Shown: positions 61,918 through 64,000 of the stretch, in pieces | Numbering within the stretch: position 1 is the stretch's first letter | Layout of the letters: the number at the start of each line of letters is the position of its first letter | Source of the DNA: an uncultured Bifidobacterium sp. | Lineage (GTDB): Bacteria; Acidobacteriota; Vicinamibacteria; Vicinamibacterales; CAVVIG01 | Length of the DNA: 64,000 nt | NCBI GenBank assembly: GCA_964386715.1 | Contig: CAYLTD010000008.1 | Coordinates: 57,123 to 121,122 of the forward strand | Reading direction: 5' to 3' | Notes under the pieces: model-generated | Seen by the model: the letters and a program-made list of their open reading frames with translations, nothing else | Databases searched by the model: none | Told to the model about the DNA's origin: nothing | Position numbers and translations under genes: made by a program

Positions 61918-64000
61918 CAGAAGTCCAGCCGCAGCGCGAACTGCATCGCCCGCGGGTCGCCCGCGACCGAGGTGATCGTGCCGACGGTGCCGCTGGCGAT
62001 GTTGGAGTCCGGCTGGCCGAAGTTGGCGCGGTTGAACGCATTGAACACGTCCCAGCGCAGCGTGAGTCCGGCTCGCGCGAGGAGGGGAATCCGCCGCTGC
62101 ACGCTCAGGTCCATCGTGGCGAAGCCGGGGCCGCGCACGATATTGCGGCCGGCGTTGCCGAAGGTGCCGGATGGAACGACCTGGAACGCTGCCACGTTGA
62201 ACCAGCTGTCCACCGTCTTGTTTCCCGTCGGGTCGCCGACCAGGTTCGGAATGCCCGTGGCGCCGAGCCCGACCACGTTGGTCCCCTGGGTCACCGTGAA
62301 GGGGCGTCCGGTTCGCGCGCTGAAGATCCCGCTGACGGTCCAGCCGCCCAGCACGGCGCCGCCGACTCCGTCCTGCATGAACGGCTTGTTACGGCCAAAC
62401 GGCAGCTCGAGCACGAAGTCCGTCGTGAGGCGGTGGCGGATGTCGAAGTCGCTCGGTCCTTCCCAAGCCTTCAGGTCGCGTCCGTTCTGCGGCCGGCCGG
62501 AGCCGGCGGCGAGATGCTCGGGGGCCTGATCGCGCGAGTTGCCGTAGGTGTACGAGACGCGATAGCTGTATCCGTCAGAGAAGCGACGCTGGAACGAGGT
62601 ATCCACGCCGTAGTAGCGCGACCGGCCCGACATTTCCCGCCACTGGATGTGGTTGAAGTTGGGGTACGGCAGCGGTCCGTTCGCGTCGAGCGTGCCGCGC
62701 AGCGGCTGATTGAGGTTACGCAGGACGGCGATGTTCCGCCCGAGGTTCCCGACAACGTCGACCGAGGCGGAAAAGGCGCGACCGATCTGGTGCTCGATGC
62801 CGCCGCTGAACTGGTGGAAGAGCGCGTCCGGTGCATTGCGGTCGGCGGCACGGATCAGCAGGTTGCGTGTGTTGATGTTCGAGACGTCGAGGAAGTTGGA
62901 CGGGAACCCGTCTCGCAGCAGGAGCACCGGCGTCGTTGCGGACCCGGTCTGGAGGTTGATGTTGCGGAGGTTCGGCGGGTTGAGGGCGATCTGGTCCTCG
63001 GACCCGATGCGATCGAACAGGTTGTAGAAGACCCCGTAGCCGCCGCGCAGGACCGTGCGTTCGGACAACCCGTAGACGACGCCGACGCGCGGCGCGATGT
63101 TGTTGCGGTCCGGCGTGATGAGGGCCCGGTCGGCCAGGGACCCGTCCTTGGCGTACACCAGGCCGCCGACGGCCGGATCGAAGTTCGCCATCTGGTTCCC
63201 GGCTTCGTACGCGGGCGTCATGAAGTCGTACCGGACGCCAAGGTTCACCGTCAGCCGGTCGGTTACCCGCCAGTCGTCCTGAGCGAAGAAGCCCGTGGAC
63301 CAGTGCCGCTGGTTGACGACGAACACGTTGGAGAGTTCGGCCGTGCGCGCGTAGCCGAGCAGGAAGTCGGCGATGGCGTTCCCGGTGAACTGGCCGCTGA
63401 ACTGGAGGTTGCCGCGCGTGGACGGGATGTCGAGGTAGCGGTTCCGCATCGGCGCCATGATGTCGGCGCCGAACTTCCACTGATGGCGGCCGCGCAGCCA
63501 CGAGAGGGTGTCGACCCACTGCACCTGATCGGTCCGCTGGAACTTGGGCATGAAGTTCGGCGACCCGAGGCGTGCGTGCCCGGCGATATCGATGCCGACG
63601 ATCCCGCCAAGGATGGTGGGGTCGGCCGGGACGCCTTTGAACCCGATCTGGTCGAGGCCGTTGTTCCCGAACGGCAACTGCTGCCCGTCCGAGCGGCCCT
63701 GCGCCCACGACACGCGCAACTCGTTGACCATGGCGCTGCCGAGCACCTTCGTGTAGCCGCCGACGAGCGCCTGCGAGTCGAGGAAGTTGCGCCCCCAGGC
63801 CGACGTGGACGTGCCGTCGAGGACGCCGCCGAGGAACCCTGGCACCTCGCGCGTGCGCTTCGTTCGGATGTAGCGTACGAACAGGTTGTCGGCGCCGCCC
63901 ACCCGCAGGTCGGATCGCCCGAGGAACCGATCGCCGTCATCGGCGACGTTTGGCTGCACGAAGTAGTTGTTGTTGCCGGTGGTGTTGGGCAGCGGCAGCA
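61917..64000 (-). CDS. TonB-dependent receptor, C-terminal ~690 aa (5' end beyond the window)
   Basis: The reading frame stays open to the window edge. Beta-barrel repeats. C-terminal MQFALRLDF. Confidence 0.85.
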   Translation of the reverse strand, partial: LPLPNTTGNNNYFVQPNVADDGDRFLGRSDLRVGGADNLFVRYIRTKRTREVPGFLGGVLDGTSTSAWGRNFLDSQALVGGYTKVLGSAMVNELRVSWAQGRSDGQQLPFGNNGLDQIGFKGVPADPTILGGIVGIDIAGHARLGSPNFMPKFQRTDQVQWVDTLSWLRGRHQWKFGADIMAPMRNRYLDIPSTRGNLQFSGQFTGNAIADFLLGYARTAELSNVFVVNQRHWSTGFFAQDDWRVTDRLTVNLGVRYDFMTPAYEAGNQMANFDPAVGGLVYAKDGSLADRALITPDRNNIAPRVGVVYGLSERTVLRGGYGVFYNLFDRIGSEDQIALNPPNLRNINLQTGSATTPVLLLRDGFPSNFLDVSNINTRNLLIRAADRNAPDALFHQFSGGIEHQIGRAFSASVDVVGNLGRNIAVLRNLNQPLRGTLDANGPLPYPNFNHIQWREMSGRSRYYGVDTSFQRRFSDGYSYRVSYTYGNSRDQAPEHLAAGSGRPQNGRDLKAWEGPSDFDIRHRLTTDFVLELPFGRNKPFMQDGVGGAVLGGWTVSGIFSARTGRPFTVTQGTNVVGLGATGIPNLVGDPTGNKTVDSWFNVAAFQVVPSGTFGNAGRNIVRGPGFATMDLSVQRRIPLLARAGLTLRWDVFNAFNRANFGQPDSNIASGTVGTITSVAGDPRAMQFALRLDF

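Noticed and set aside
1-64000. tRNA, rRNA, transposase, integrase, phage or defence-system genes
   Set aside because: I found no T-loop/anticodon-stem-like cloverleaf candidates, no rRNA-like conserved stretches, and no DDE, tyrosine-recombinase, reverse-transcriptase or nuclease-NTPase defence signatures among the credible CDSs. The PLD-like and PHP proteins fit the phosphate-scavenging context better than a defence role.

Overview
High-GC bacterial chromosomal segment. Hand-counted 60-nt lines are mostly about 70% GC. PadR regulators paired with ADOP-type duplicated FtsX permeases, plus five TonB-dependent receptors (TBDRs) with carboxypeptidase-regulatory-like N-termini, suggest an Acidobacteriota-like organism (inference only). 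I support about 50 CDSs. I saw no rRNA, tRNA, CRISPR array, transposase, integrase or phage gene. Many long ORFs in the track are antisense or out-of-frame artefacts of the GC content, and several true starts are internal GTG/ATG codons that overlap the upstream stop as GTGA or TGATG. The dominant theme is phosphate acquisition. It includes phoB/phoR-like genes, pit plus a PhoU-like DUF47 gene, pstSCA (no pstB or phoU adjacent), glpQ, phoD, a PLC-like/PHP fusion, a metallophosphoesterase, a PLD-like protein, ppx and sixA, interleaved with TBDRs. The most interesting signals are non-coding. Arrays of TTnACA-like hexamers phased at exactly 11 bp sit upstream of pstS, of the gene upstream of pstS, of a TBDR and of glgC/pit; I read these as candidate Pho boxes. 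The window also holds an imuA-imuB-dnaE2 mutagenesis cassette, two PadR/ADOP efflux modules, a SET-domain/esterase operon, crcB, glgC, a CorA-like transporter and an atypical pyruvate-kinase-like gene. The DnaE2 carries a four-Cys zinc-ribbon-like insertion, a repeat-rich linker and a rare-codon, low-GC 5' end. One ADOP permease has its own MFP and ATPase. Other oddities are a 9-bp G-rich minisatellite where pstB would be expected and two paralogous ~70-aa ORFs sharing a GW-x18-DWHR(V/L)ER motif. I found no clearly self-contained novel system. All protein calls rest on motifs recognised by eye; no database search was run.
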